In this document: piece by piece, positions 19,954 through 28,237 of the stretch
Layout: every line of letters begins with the position of its first letter
Position numbering within the stretch: position 1 is the stretch's first letter
From: a virus
Taxonomy: Duplodnaviria > Caudoviricetes
Virus record (IMG/VR): IMGVR_UViG_3300017990_000017
Coordinates: 737-64,736 of that record
Strand: one strand, 5' to 3'
Length of the DNA stretch: 64,000 bases
Made by a program: the position numbers and the translations under genes
Notes under the pieces: generated by a model
Database searches by the model: none
What the model was told of the DNA's origin: nothing
The model's input: the letters and a program-made list of their open reading frames with translations, nothing else

Positions 19954-20564
19954 TGAGCTACGACATCAATGGACGTTCTCCCGTGTTTCTCGCGGTGGTG
20001 ACCTCAGGACCCGACGCAGGTGAGCATGAAATTCTCGATGTCGCAGTCGTTGGCACCGACGGGAGTACTCTTTTGCATACGGCATTACTTCCCTCGCGCC
20101 CTGACAAAGGGGTAGCCGAGTTTCTCGTAAGGGCCGGGTACTCTGACGGGGAATGGGCCCCAAGTCCGTCTGAAAACGATGTAGGTCAAGCTCTTCTCAA
20201 GTTTCTTGAGAATCGTCTCGTTGTCGGACATGACGTGCAGCGAGCTATGCGGTTCGTTCGCCCCGTTGTTCGACAAATTCTCGAGAGCAAAAATGTTCCT
20301 CCTGATGCTGTGTTGGCGAGGATGCTCTCCATTGACTCTCCATGGATCGATACGGTTACTTTGGCTTGGGAGCAAATTGAGCCCTGTGGGCTTGAAAATT
20401 TGTCCCTCGCGTCCGTTGCTGAGTTCCTCGGTATCGAGTTGAATACTCCCACTTCCGCTCTTCAAGAGGCCCGTGCGGTTCGAGAGGTTTATCGAACCCT
20501 TCTTCGACTCTCATGGTGGCGCCGCTTTATTTGTCGACTTCGTGCCCGCAGAGTCTTTTCATGA
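19953..20564 (+). CDS. DnaQ/DEDDh 3'-5' exonuclease-fold protein, catalytic residues apparently lost
   Basis: VFLAVVTSG..HEILDVAVV, LVVGHD, WIDTVTLA, LSLASVAEFLGI and SALQEA align to the DEDDh pattern but lack most Exo I/II/III catalytic residues. Confidence 0.6.
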   Translation: MSYDINGRSPVFLAVVTSGPDAGEHEILDVAVVGTDGSTLLHTALLPSRPDKGVAEFLVRAGYSDGEWAPSPSENDVGQALLKFLENRLVVGHDVQRAMRFVRPVVRQILESKNVPPDAVLARMLSIDSPWIDTVTLAWEQIEPCGLENLSLASVAEFLGIELNTPTSALQEARAVREVYRTLLRLSWWRRFICRLRARRVFS

Positions 20565-20577
20565 AGTTGTGCTGTGC

Positions 20578-20611
20578 CGGTGAAGCCTTTATGACACGCC
20601 CTTGAGTAGGG
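20578..20611 (+). promoter_or_regulatory. Putative late promoter motif, copy 3
   Basis: CGGTG-N7-TATG-N12-GTAGGG. Confidence 0.55.
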
Positions 20612-20631
20612 CCTAAAGCAGGAGATCAACG

Positions 20632-20991
20632 ATGCCGCTCCGTGAACCACAAACTTGGCAATTTCTTCGAGGTGACCTCGAACCCCGACGGGTCGAGTGG
20701 ACCGATCTCCGCAACGACTTCGGGGGCGACCAGTTGAAGCAGGCGCAAAACATTGTGCTCCGCTACCTCGAAAACCTCCCCGCGCAGGACAGCGTGAACC
20801 TTGAAACCATGGCTGAAGACATCAGCCGACACTATCCTTTCCACGGAGAAGGCCCCGAGTTCTTCCGTGAGGCGGTAGATGCGCTCAAGCAAGCCGGCTG
20901 GGTGACGTCTGAAGGCGACGAGCTCGAGCTCAACAAGGTTGCGCGTGTCACGGCACGCTACTTGGCGGCCAAGCTTCGTTCAGCCCGGTAA
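20632..20991 (+). CDS. Small protein with C-terminal RVxARYL motif
   Basis: AGGAG RBS; 119 aa; bracketed by two promoter motifs. Confidence 0.65.
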   Translation: MPLREPQTWQFLRGDLEPRRVEWTDLRNDFGGDQLKQAQNIVLRYLENLPAQDSVNLETMAEDISRHYPFHGEGPEFFREAVDALKQAGWVTSEGDELELNKVARVTARYLAAKLRSAR

Positions 20992-21018
20992 CTCCTCTAT
21001 AGGTTTTTGTGAGTAGGA
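20986..21018 (+). promoter_or_regulatory. Putative late promoter motif, copy 4
   Basis: CGGTA-N7-TATA-N11-GTAGGA. Confidence 0.6.
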
Positions 21019-21030
21019 GCGGTTGATCCT

Positions 21031-21333
21031 ATGTCCCCCAGTAGCCACAGCGCTTTTTCGAAGGACAACACTTCCAAGTTCGTGGATATCACCATGAAAG
21101 TGTTGTCTGTTTTGGTGATTCCAGTGATCATCTGGGGAGTCAAGCTTGAGGTCAACAACGCTATTCAGGACGAGCGGATCACGGAGCTGCAAGAAGACCT
21201 CGACAAACTCGCAGATGTGACTGATTCGGTCCAAAAGAATTCGCTTGCCTTGGTGCGGCTCGAGGGCAAGCTCGACAACGTGGACGAGAAGATCGATGAA
21301 GTCAAAAAGCTACTCCGCGACCGTCCTCAGTAG
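21031..21333 (+). CDS. Single-TM coiled-coil membrane protein (i-spanin- or holin-like)
   Basis: Hydrophobic VLSVLVIPVIIWGV followed by a heptad-rich C-terminus. Confidence 0.5.
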   Translation: MSPSSHSAFSKDNTSKFVDITMKVLSVLVIPVIIWGVKLEVNNAIQDERITELQEDLDKLADVTDSVQKNSLALVRLEGKLDNVDEKIDEVKKLLRDRPQ

Positions 21334-21850
21334 CTTCCTGCTGACTATGATCTCCTGCCTTGGTAAGCAGGCGCCGGGCTTCGAGAAGAAGGAGGACCGG
21401 CTGCCTGAGTATCGGCCGTCGTCGGATTTTGACAAGAAGGAAGAGACCAAAGAGGACCTTCCGGAAGCTGCGGAGGACGAGGGTGAAGACACCGGAGGTG
21501 AGGGGGTAGTCCCGGAGCCTGGTGCGCCGATACCGAATGACGAAGAGCTCAAAGACGACTGTCTCAAGGGACGGATGCGCTTCGAAGGTCGTTGTCTCCC
21601 CAAGAAAGAGGTTGAGACCATCCTTGAGCGTCGAGAGCAGCAAGCGCTGAAGCGGGTGCAGCAGGCGAAGATGCCAAACGAGGCTGCCCACGCTGCTCAC
21701 GATCTGTTGGAGAAGCAGATCGCGCAGGTCGATAAGGCCGAAGATGATCTTGACGAGATCATCGAAGAGCTCAAAAAAGAGAACCGGGAGCGCACCGCCA
21801 AGGCCGCCAAGGCTGAGAAAGGTCCGACGCCCAAGGAAGAACAGCCGTGA
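21296..21850 (+). CDS. Predicted lipoprotein (o-spanin-like)
   Basis: ATG at 21296 gives MKSKSYSATVLSSFLLTMISC, a basic/hydrophobic/Cys lipobox-like signal. Overlaps the upstream gene by 38 nt in another frame. Confidence 0.45.
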   Translation: MKSKSYSATVLSSFLLTMISCLGKQAPGFEKKEDRLPEYRPSSDFDKKEETKEDLPEAAEDEGEDTGGEGVVPEPGAPIPNDEELKDDCLKGRMRFEGRCLPKKEVETILERREQQALKRVQQAKMPNEAAHAAHDLLEKQIAQVDKAEDDLDEIIEELKKENRERTAKAAKAEKGPTPKEEQP

Positions 21851-22086
21851 CAGATTCGACAAAAGAAAGCGCTGTCACCAAGGGACTCCGTATCTACGAG
21901 TACACCGACCAGGACGGGAACGTTTTCTGGTCTTTCGAAAAATTCCCCAGCGTGGTCAAACACGCACGAACCCTCACCCTCGGTGACCGCGTAGGCACCC
22001 ATTTCGACAACTTCCTGTCTGAATTGCGTGCCCACCGGCGTCTTCTCCTTGAAGAGGAGAAAGCCAAATCTGTGGGGCGTGGGTAG
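21847..22086 (+). CDS. Small hypothetical protein
   Basis: GTGA overlap with the previous stop; 79 aa. Confidence 0.55.
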   Translation: MTDSTKESAVTKGLRIYEYTDQDGNVFWSFEKFPSVVKHARTLTLGDRVGTHFDNFLSELRAHRRLLLEEEKAKSVGRG

Positions 22087-22110
22087 AGTACCGGCAAGCC
22101 GGAGGCTCAA

Positions 22111-22467
22111 ATGGAAAACAACGAGAACACCACCGAGAACACCACCGCAACCCCCGACGCTCCGGAGACGCAGGCTCCGGCGCAGGACCCCAGCATCATC
22201 GGCAAGCTGACCCCCGAGGAGCAGACGGCTCTTCTGAGCATTCGTCAGGAGTCTCAGCAACTCCTGGCCAAGGTCGGTGAGCATGAGGTTCTCAAGACGC
22301 GCATCTTGGCCAAGCTCGACGAGCTCGACGACAAGGGCCAGGGGCACATCAACGCGATCTCGAAGCGTCTCAACCTCGAGGACGGTCAGCAGTGGGTGGC
22401 TCTCCAGGACGGCACGGTCCGACTGGTCACGCCCCCCGGTGCAGGTCAGACTCAAGGAGGCGCCTAG
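22111..22467 (+). CDS. Small coiled-coil hypothetical protein
   Basis: GGAGG RBS; 118 aa. Confidence 0.6.
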   Translation: MENNENTTENTTATPDAPETQAPAQDPSIIGKLTPEEQTALLSIRQESQQLLAKVGEHEVLKTRILAKLDELDDKGQGHINAISKRLNLEDGQQWVALQDGTVRLVTPPGAGQTQGGA

Positions 22468-22488
22468 CGTCTCCAAGGCAGGTAGGAC

Positions 22489-24012
22489 ATGACGTGCATC
22501 AACAAGGGGCAAGAACCGTGGTTGCAGAAGCCGGATCCGTTGAAGCCGGTTTCGTGCGAGACCCCGGAACCTACCCCGACGCCGCCATGTCCTGACCCTG
22601 GACCCAGTCCGGGACCTTTCGGTCCCGGATGTCCCGGCTGGGAGGTGGGGCCGAACGACTGTCCGGCCCCACCCATCAACGCTGAGGTCGTGAGCCCGTT
22701 GTTCTCGGGCACGATGGACCTGCGTTGGGACAACCCAGCCATTCTGACCAAGAACAGCAAGTTCACAGTCCTCGGCGTCAACATCTACCGTAGCGACACG
22801 TCGGAGCGCGGCCCCTACACGCGCCTCAACATCGCTCCGGTAGGTGGCACGTTCTATCGGGATTTCACCAACAACGCCTTCGTGGACAACGAAGTCGTTG
22901 ACTGGGAGACGAGCTGGATCGCTCGAGGAGAGTCCGCGAACCAGCGCAACTGGATCTTTCGGACGAAGTATTTCCCGATCGTGAAAAACTCCGGGCAGGC
23001 TATTTCGGCCAACAGCCCGATGGACGTGCAGCTCGTCATCGACAACCAGATCGTCCCCGTTCACGCGGTGTTTGGTCCGACCGGCGAGGTTACCCTCATC
23101 AACGTCCGAGGCTACAATTTCGCGACGGAGCGGTGGATCGAGCCTGTGCTGCCTACAGGCCCTGAGTCGGCGGTGTCGATCAGCTACCGCTACAACACGA
23201 ACGCGGTGCGTACCGACCTCGACAAGAAGATCTGGTACCGCATTACGACGGTGGCTCAAGACCCCGCTTCCCCGACCGGGTTCCGGGAGACGCCGCTCGA
23301 CTTCGCCGAGCCGATCACCTACCGGTCCGTTGAGCGGCTCGACTACATCTGGCGTGAGGCTATGCGTCGGAACAACTGGGTTCTCGAGCAGGGTGGTGAG
23401 CGTGTCAAGGTCTTCATCAAAAAGACCAGCGGACCACGCTGCTTCTGCGGTCGCGATCCTCGGACCATCGAGTACAACCAGCAGCCCGACTCCCGTTGTC
23501 TTGAGTGCTTCGGCACTGGATTCGTCGGTGGATACGAAGGTCCCTACGACCTCATCGTCGCGCCGGATGACGCTGAGCGTGCCGTAAAACAGACACCGAA
23601 TGGTCGGTACCTCGACCACACGCAGGATGTCTGGTCGGGCCCGAGCCCGTTGCTCACGATGCGTGACTTCATCGTGAAGCAGACCAACGAGCGATACTCG
23701 ATTGGCCCGGTTCGCAAGCCGTCTAATCGCGGCACGATCCTCCAGCAGCACTTCACAATGAAGTACCTGGACGAGAACGACATCCGCTACCAGATCCCGC
23801 TGTTCGACACGACGGAACTTTGCTGGCCCGAGTGTCGCGGTCGTCCTGCTGTCGTGCAGGGCGGAGGTTGGGAGACGGAGTACCCACCCGAGGGTCCTTA
23901 CCCCGTGGGCTCCGACTACCAGCAGACCCCGATGCAGACGGAGAAGGACAACATCCCAGACGAACGCGAGCAAAGGGGTCGCACGCCCGTCTACGAGAAC
24001 ATCACCTACTAG
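22489..24012 (+). CDS. Putative head-closure/neck protein with N-terminal Fn3-like region and Zn-binding loop
   Basis: LRWDNP..GVNIYRS (Fn3-like) and CFC..SRCLECFGTGFVGGY, as seen in myovirus neck proteins. Confidence 0.55.
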   Translation: MTCINKGQEPWLQKPDPLKPVSCETPEPTPTPPCPDPGPSPGPFGPGCPGWEVGPNDCPAPPINAEVVSPLFSGTMDLRWDNPAILTKNSKFTVLGVNIYRSDTSERGPYTRLNIAPVGGTFYRDFTNNAFVDNEVVDWETSWIARGESANQRNWIFRTKYFPIVKNSGQAISANSPMDVQLVIDNQIVPVHAVFGPTGEVTLINVRGYNFATERWIEPVLPTGPESAVSISYRYNTNAVRTDLDKKIWYRITTVAQDPASPTGFRETPLDFAEPITYRSVERLDYIWREAMRRNNWVLEQGGERVKVFIKKTSGPRCFCGRDPRTIEYNQQPDSRCLECFGTGFVGGYEGPYDLIVAPDDAERAVKQTPNGRYLDHTQDVWSGPSPLLTMRDFIVKQTNERYSIGPVRKPSNRGTILQQHFTMKYLDENDIRYQIPLFDTTELCWPECRGRPAVVQGGGWETEYPPEGPYPVGSDYQQTPMQTEKDNIPDEREQRGRTPVYENITY

Positions 24013-24025
24013 GTGGGGGGCGTAG

Positions 24026-24562
24026 ATGGAGATCAAGATCAAACGGACCTATGGGAAGACCTGGGCTGGTCTCCAGAACAAGGACTTCATCACTCCCGAG
24101 TTCCTCAACAAGATCGGCGAGATGCTCGTCGAAGCCATCGTCTTCGAGGCGGGCAAGGACTTCGCCAAACAAGGCAACAAACCGACCCCGCCAGGAGAAC
24201 CCGAGGGTCTTCCTCGTTCAGTGGGCTTTTTCGATTCGTTCACGCACAAAGTAGTTCCGCGTGGGGGTCGCGTGGAGATCTACTCTTCGTGGCCCTGGAT
24301 CGATCAGCTCCTTGAGGGGCGTGAAGCTTACCCCATGGAGTGGTTGACCCAACAGGCTGGAGTCTCGCGGGTACCGATGAAGGGACCCGGCGGTACAGTG
24401 TTGATCAGAACCACTCCGGCATCGCCACAAGATTCCTGGATTCATCCAGGTTTCAAGAAGCACACGTTTGTGCGTAGGGCCTACGAAAAATCGAGGCGCA
24501 AGATGAAGGCGATGATTGACCAGCAGATCATGAAGACCCTCAAAGAGACTCCCCTTGTATGA
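24026..24562 (+). CDS. Putative neck/tail-completion protein (HK97 gp10-like)
   Basis: C-terminal WIHPG....FVRRA motif and synteny after the head-closure gene. Confidence 0.45.
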   Translation: MEIKIKRTYGKTWAGLQNKDFITPEFLNKIGEMLVEAIVFEAGKDFAKQGNKPTPPGEPEGLPRSVGFFDSFTHKVVPRGGRVEIYSSWPWIDQLLEGREAYPMEWLTQQAGVSRVPMKGPGGTVLIRTTPASPQDSWIHPGFKKHTFVRRAYEKSRRKMKAMIDQQIMKTLKETPLV

Positions 24563-25293
24563 TCGAAGCCCAGATCATCTGCTGCAACCCTTGCGACATC
24601 CCCGACCTGGGGATTGTGGGGCTGAAGCGTGGGGAGCAGCGTTGGGTTTCGATCGCTGCGGCTCAGTCTTCCAAGGACTTGGCCAAGGAGCAGGGGAAGG
24701 GCAACGTGCGGGTGAATCGAAAAGCTCAACGGAAGGGTGCCGTGCCTACACGTCCAGCTCCGCCTTTCGTGGCCCACAGCCGGCCACAGAACAAAGAACC
24801 CGCCGATTCCGGCAAGGTAGTCGAGCATCGCATCGAAACCTTTGTCGAAAAGACTGTGGTGCAGGAGGTGGACACCGAGAGGCTCAAGGCCGAGCTCTTG
24901 GGCGACCTGATCCCTGGGCTTCGTTCGGTGATCGCCGAGGAGGTCGGGAAGGTGGCCGCTCAAGCCGCCTCAGAGGCTGCACCAACGGCCCCAACTCCAG
25001 CTCCGGCCTTGGACCCTGCACAGCTCGAGGGCGTCCTGGAGAACGTCCTACGGCGCGTAGTGCCCGAGGGCGGTGTGGCAGGAGCGGCTCCTAGGGCTCG
25101 TAAGAGCTCTGGGCCCGAGGAGCCTCTGTTCATCCCGGACAAGATTGTCTCGAAGGACACGAAGGCCAAGATCGATGTAAAGCAAAAGGCCAGCGAAGGC
25201 GGGGAAGAGCTCGACGACGCACAGGCCGCACTCCGTGCACTGCGAAGCAAGAAGCGCGGTAGAAAGAATGGGAACGAGGAGAACGAATCATGA
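24559..25293 (+). CDS. Hypothetical protein translationally coupled to the actin-like gene
   Basis: ATGA overlaps at both ends; Pro/Ala linkers and a basic C-terminal helix. Confidence 0.6.
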   Translation: MIEAQIICCNPCDIPDLGIVGLKRGEQRWVSIAAAQSSKDLAKEQGKGNVRVNRKAQRKGAVPTRPAPPFVAHSRPQNKEPADSGKVVEHRIETFVEKTVVQEVDTERLKAELLGDLIPGLRSVIAEEVGKVAAQAASEAAPTAPTPAPALDPAQLEGVLENVLRRVVPEGGVAGAAPRARKSSGPEEPLFIPDKIVSKDTKAKIDVKQKASEGGEELDDAQAALRALRSKKRGRKNGNEENES

Positions 25294-27392
25294 GCGATAG
25301 TGAAAAACCAGTCCTGGGGGTCGGGCTCGACATGGGCACGATGAACATCGTGGCTGCCCGTCGTACCAAGGAAGGCGTCATCACGAACCGCATTCGTGAC
25401 GCCTTCCTCGATCTGCCGTCCGAGCACCGCAAGATGCTCAAGCTGTCGGGCGTCAACTACGTCTCAACGGACGACGGGCTCGTCATCGTGGGGGATGCGG
25501 CCTACGACATGGCCAACATGTTCAGTCGCGAAGTTCGGCGCCCGCTTCAGAGCGGCCTGATCGCGGCTGGGGAGATCGATGCACTCGAGATCCTCGGCAT
25601 CTTGGTCAAGCATGTGCTCGGTGAGCCGAAGGAAGAGAAGGAGGTCTGCTACTTCTCTGTGCCGGCGGCTCCGGTCGATGATCCGGACCGGGACGTGGTG
25701 TACCACCGAGGCGTTCTCGAGCGGATCGTCAACGAGTGCGGCTACAAGGCGTACCCGAGCAACGAGGCGCTGGCGATCATCTACTCCGAGTGCGCGAAGG
25801 ATGGTTTCTCCGGCATCGCGTTCTCGTTCGGGTCCGGTATGACCAACGTGGCGCTTGCCATGGGCACCATCGAGGGTCTGAGTTTTAGCGTCGCGCGCTG
25901 TCTCTCAGGAGACTTCCCGGTCGTCACGCGGGAAGGGCTTAAAACGATGGAGGAGGTGCGCGAAGGTGACGAAATCCTCGACGCATACGGTGTTTTCGTG
26001 CCTGTCCTTGAGAAGATGTCGAACGGGACCCGGCGCCATCTCATCGAGGTTCAACTCGAGAATCTCCCTGCTTTCCCTCACCGTCTCACACACGACCATC
26101 GGGTATTTGTCCAACGTCGTTTCGGATGGGAGTGGGTTGAGGCAGGGGATCTTCGTGAGGGGGATACCGTGGGTATCGCGACGATCCAGTCCGACCGGGA
26201 CAGCGGATCGAGCTACTATTTCGGTAGGCAAGACGGAAAAAACGTCACGGTTGCTGGGGCGCGTGGGTTGGGGCGTCTGATGGGGATGTTCCTCGGCGAT
26301 GGTTCATGTGGTCCTCATGCCGAAAGGCCGTCTTATGTCCAGTTTGCCATCAACCGCCGGGATCAACATCTTGTCGAAGAGTATACAGACTTGTGTTTCC
26401 GCCTGTTCCATCGAGAACCGGAGATCGTGGACGATCCCGCCGAAAACCTCACGCGCCTCAAACTTCACATCACACCGGTGGCCTGCCATTTCAAGGAAAA
26501 GTTCTACGATGATGAGGGGACAAAACGGTGCCCGCTTGATCCCTCCAAGATCGGCAACCAGATGGCACTCGGAATTCTTCATGGTCTGATGGACAGCGAC
26601 TCCCATGAGGAGCTCAAGCGTCACACGATCACGAACACATCGGTGCCTGTCGTCATGTTGGCTCACCATCTACTCAACCGTTTCGGGATCGAACATTCAA
26701 TCCTCAAACGGGAGCCACGCCTCGGCGGCGTGAACGCACGTGGTGTCCAAATCGAAGGTCGCAAACCGTGCTACGAGATCAGGATCAACGGCCACGTAGC
26801 GAAGAATCTGTTCGACACGATGCTCACAGTCGAAGGCCACCAAGTGTTCGACAGATTCCCCGCCTTCGTCACCTACAAGGTCGCTTCGGTTTCCGAAGTG
26901 GAGCATGATGGGGAGGTCTACGACATCCGTGTGGGGTCGGAACACCACTCTTTCAGTTCTCCAGGCATGACGGTTCATAACTGTGGGGACTGGATCGACC
27001 ACGGTGCCGCGAAGTCCACGGGCTCTACGCAGGCTCGCATGTGTAGCCTCAAGGAGAAGGGGCTCAACCTCATGCACCCGCAGAGCCGTGAAGAAGAGGC
27101 TCTGGTGGTCTACTACAAGAGCCTCATCGAGTACGCGCTCGACAACGTCGCGAGCGAGTTCATGAAGATCCAGGGCAAGTTCTCGCTGCCGAAGCCGATC
27201 CCCATCGTCGTCAGCGGCGGTACGTCCAAGGCCGGTGGGTTCCTCGAGTTCTTCACCCAAGTCTTCGAGGACAAACGTAAAAAGTTCCCCATCGAGATCA
27301 GCGAGATCCGGGCGGCTAAGGAGCCTCTGGATGCTGTTGCACGGGGTCTTCTTGTGCAGGCGATGCAAGAGTACGTGGACGACGAGGACTGA
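25290..27392 (+). CDS. Actin-fold ATPase (MreB/ParM/FtsA-like) interrupted by an intein
   Basis: Phosphate-1 GVGLDMGTMNI, connect motif NEALAII, phosphate-2 SFGSGMTNV, adenosine motif IVVSGGTS and AVARG. Mature protein about 339 aa. Confidence 0.85.
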   Translation: MSDSEKPVLGVGLDMGTMNIVAARRTKEGVITNRIRDAFLDLPSEHRKMLKLSGVNYVSTDDGLVIVGDAAYDMANMFSREVRRPLQSGLIAAGEIDALEILGILVKHVLGEPKEEKEVCYFSVPAAPVDDPDRDVVYHRGVLERIVNECGYKAYPSNEALAIIYSECAKDGFSGIAFSFGSGMTNVALAMGTIEGLSFSVARCLSGDFPVVTREGLKTMEEVREGDEILDAYGVFVPVLEKMSNGTRRHLIEVQLENLPAFPHRLTHDHRVFVQRRFGWEWVEAGDLREGDTVGIATIQSDRDSGSSYYFGRQDGKNVTVAGARGLGRLMGMFLGDGSCGPHAERPSYVQFAINRRDQHLVEEYTDLCFRLFHREPEIVDDPAENLTRLKLHITPVACHFKEKFYDDEGTKRCPLDPSKIGNQMALGILHGLMDSDSHEELKRHTITNTSVPVVMLAHHLLNRFGIEHSILKREPRLGGVNARGVQIEGRKPCYEIRINGHVAKNLFDTMLTVEGHQVFDRFPAFVTYKVASVSEVEHDGEVYDIRVGSEHHSFSSPGMTVHNCGDWIDHGAAKSTGSTQARMCSLKEKGLNLMHPQSREEEALVVYYKSLIEYALDNVASEFMKIQGKFSLPKPIPIVVSGGTSKAGGFLEFFTQVFEDKRKKFPIEISEIRAAKEPLDAVARGLLVQAMQEYVDDED
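25899..26981 (+). mobile_element. Intein with LAGLIDADG homing endonuclease (361 aa)
   Basis: Starts CLSGDFPV; block B LTHDHRVF; LAGLIDADG-like MGMFLGDGS and LHGLMDSDS; block F VYDIRV; ends VHN followed by Cys+1. Confidence 0.92.
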
Positions 27393-27395
27393 CAG

Positions 27396-27450
27396 CGGTT
27401 TTCGTTCTATGCCGAAGCCTCCTGTGGGAACCCAAATCCCCAGGAGGCTT
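27396..27450 (+). promoter_or_regulatory. Late promoter motif copy 5 overlapping an RBS-sequestering hairpin
   Basis: CGGTT-N7-TATG-N12-GTGGGA (27396-27429). Stem AAGCCTCCTG (27415-24) pairs with CAGGAGGCTT (27441-50), which contains AGGAGG 9 nt before GTG 27457. Confidence 0.65.
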
Positions 27451-27456
27451 TGAGCT

Positions 27457-28236
27457 GTGCCACCTCGTACCCAACCACTTCTGGAACGAGAAGTCCTGGA
27501 AACTCTGTATTTCCAAGAAGGGCTCTCTATCCAAAAGGTCGCTGACCGAACCGGAACCAACATCCGGCTTGTGCGCGACTCGTTCACTGCACACGGGCTT
27601 ACGTGGCGCTCTCGGTCGCAAGCCATGACAGGTTTGGTTCGGAGCGCAGAAACGCGGGCCAAGGTTTCAGCAGCACGACGAGGACGACGAGACACGCCGG
27701 AAACCGCAGCGAAAAAACGTGAAATTCTGGATCGAGTGCGTCGCTGGAATGTCGGCCTGACCAAGGAAACCGATGAGCGTGTGGCTCGGGCTGCTGCGGC
27801 ATTTGCCAAGGTTGTTCGGACTCCCGAATTCCGTGAAGCACAGTCACGTCGCGCGTCCGAAAGACTTCGAACTACAGGAGGAGGTTTTGCCCGTGGTTGG
27901 CATGACTCCCCCAAAGCGGGTCGCGTACACTTCATGAGTTCCTGGGAAAAAAATCGTTTCATCGAACTGGATGCGGATGACACGGTCCTCCTGTACAAAC
28001 CACAACCTTTCTCGATCCCCTACTTCTGGGAAGGAGCGGTCAAACACTACACCCCCGACACCCTGGTTATCTACGAAGGTCGCCTTCCGGAAGTAGAAGA
28101 GATCAAACCTCGACGACGAATCGAGGCTGACAAAACAGGCCGCATCGCGGCCAAGTTCATCGCAGGTCGTAAGTTCTGCGTGGACCGTGGCTGGCTCTAC
28201 CGTGTCATCGACACGAAGCCTGAAGGGAAGGTGTGA
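27457..28236 (+). CDS. Free-standing homing endonuclease-like protein (HTH + NUMOD3-like + TnsA-like PD-(D/E)XK)
   Basis: LSIQKVADRTG helix-turn-helix, RSAETRAKVSAARRG, and SSWE..QPFSIPY....HYTPDTL..EEIKP. Confidence 0.75.
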   Translation: MPPRTQPLLEREVLETLYFQEGLSIQKVADRTGTNIRLVRDSFTAHGLTWRSRSQAMTGLVRSAETRAKVSAARRGRRDTPETAAKKREILDRVRRWNVGLTKETDERVARAAAAFAKVVRTPEFREAQSRRASERLRTTGGGFARGWHDSPKAGRVHFMSSWEKNRFIELDADDTVLLYKPQPFSIPYFWEGAVKHYTPDTLVIYEGRLPEVEEIKPRRRIEADKTGRIAAKFIAGRKFCVDRGWLYRVIDTKPEGKV

Positions 28237-28237
28237 G

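Noticed and set aside
27457-28236. Tn7-like transposon, because of the TnsA-like domain
   Set aside because: No TnsB/TnsC genes or transposon ends; the HTH and NUMOD3-like N-terminus fits a free-standing homing endonuclease.
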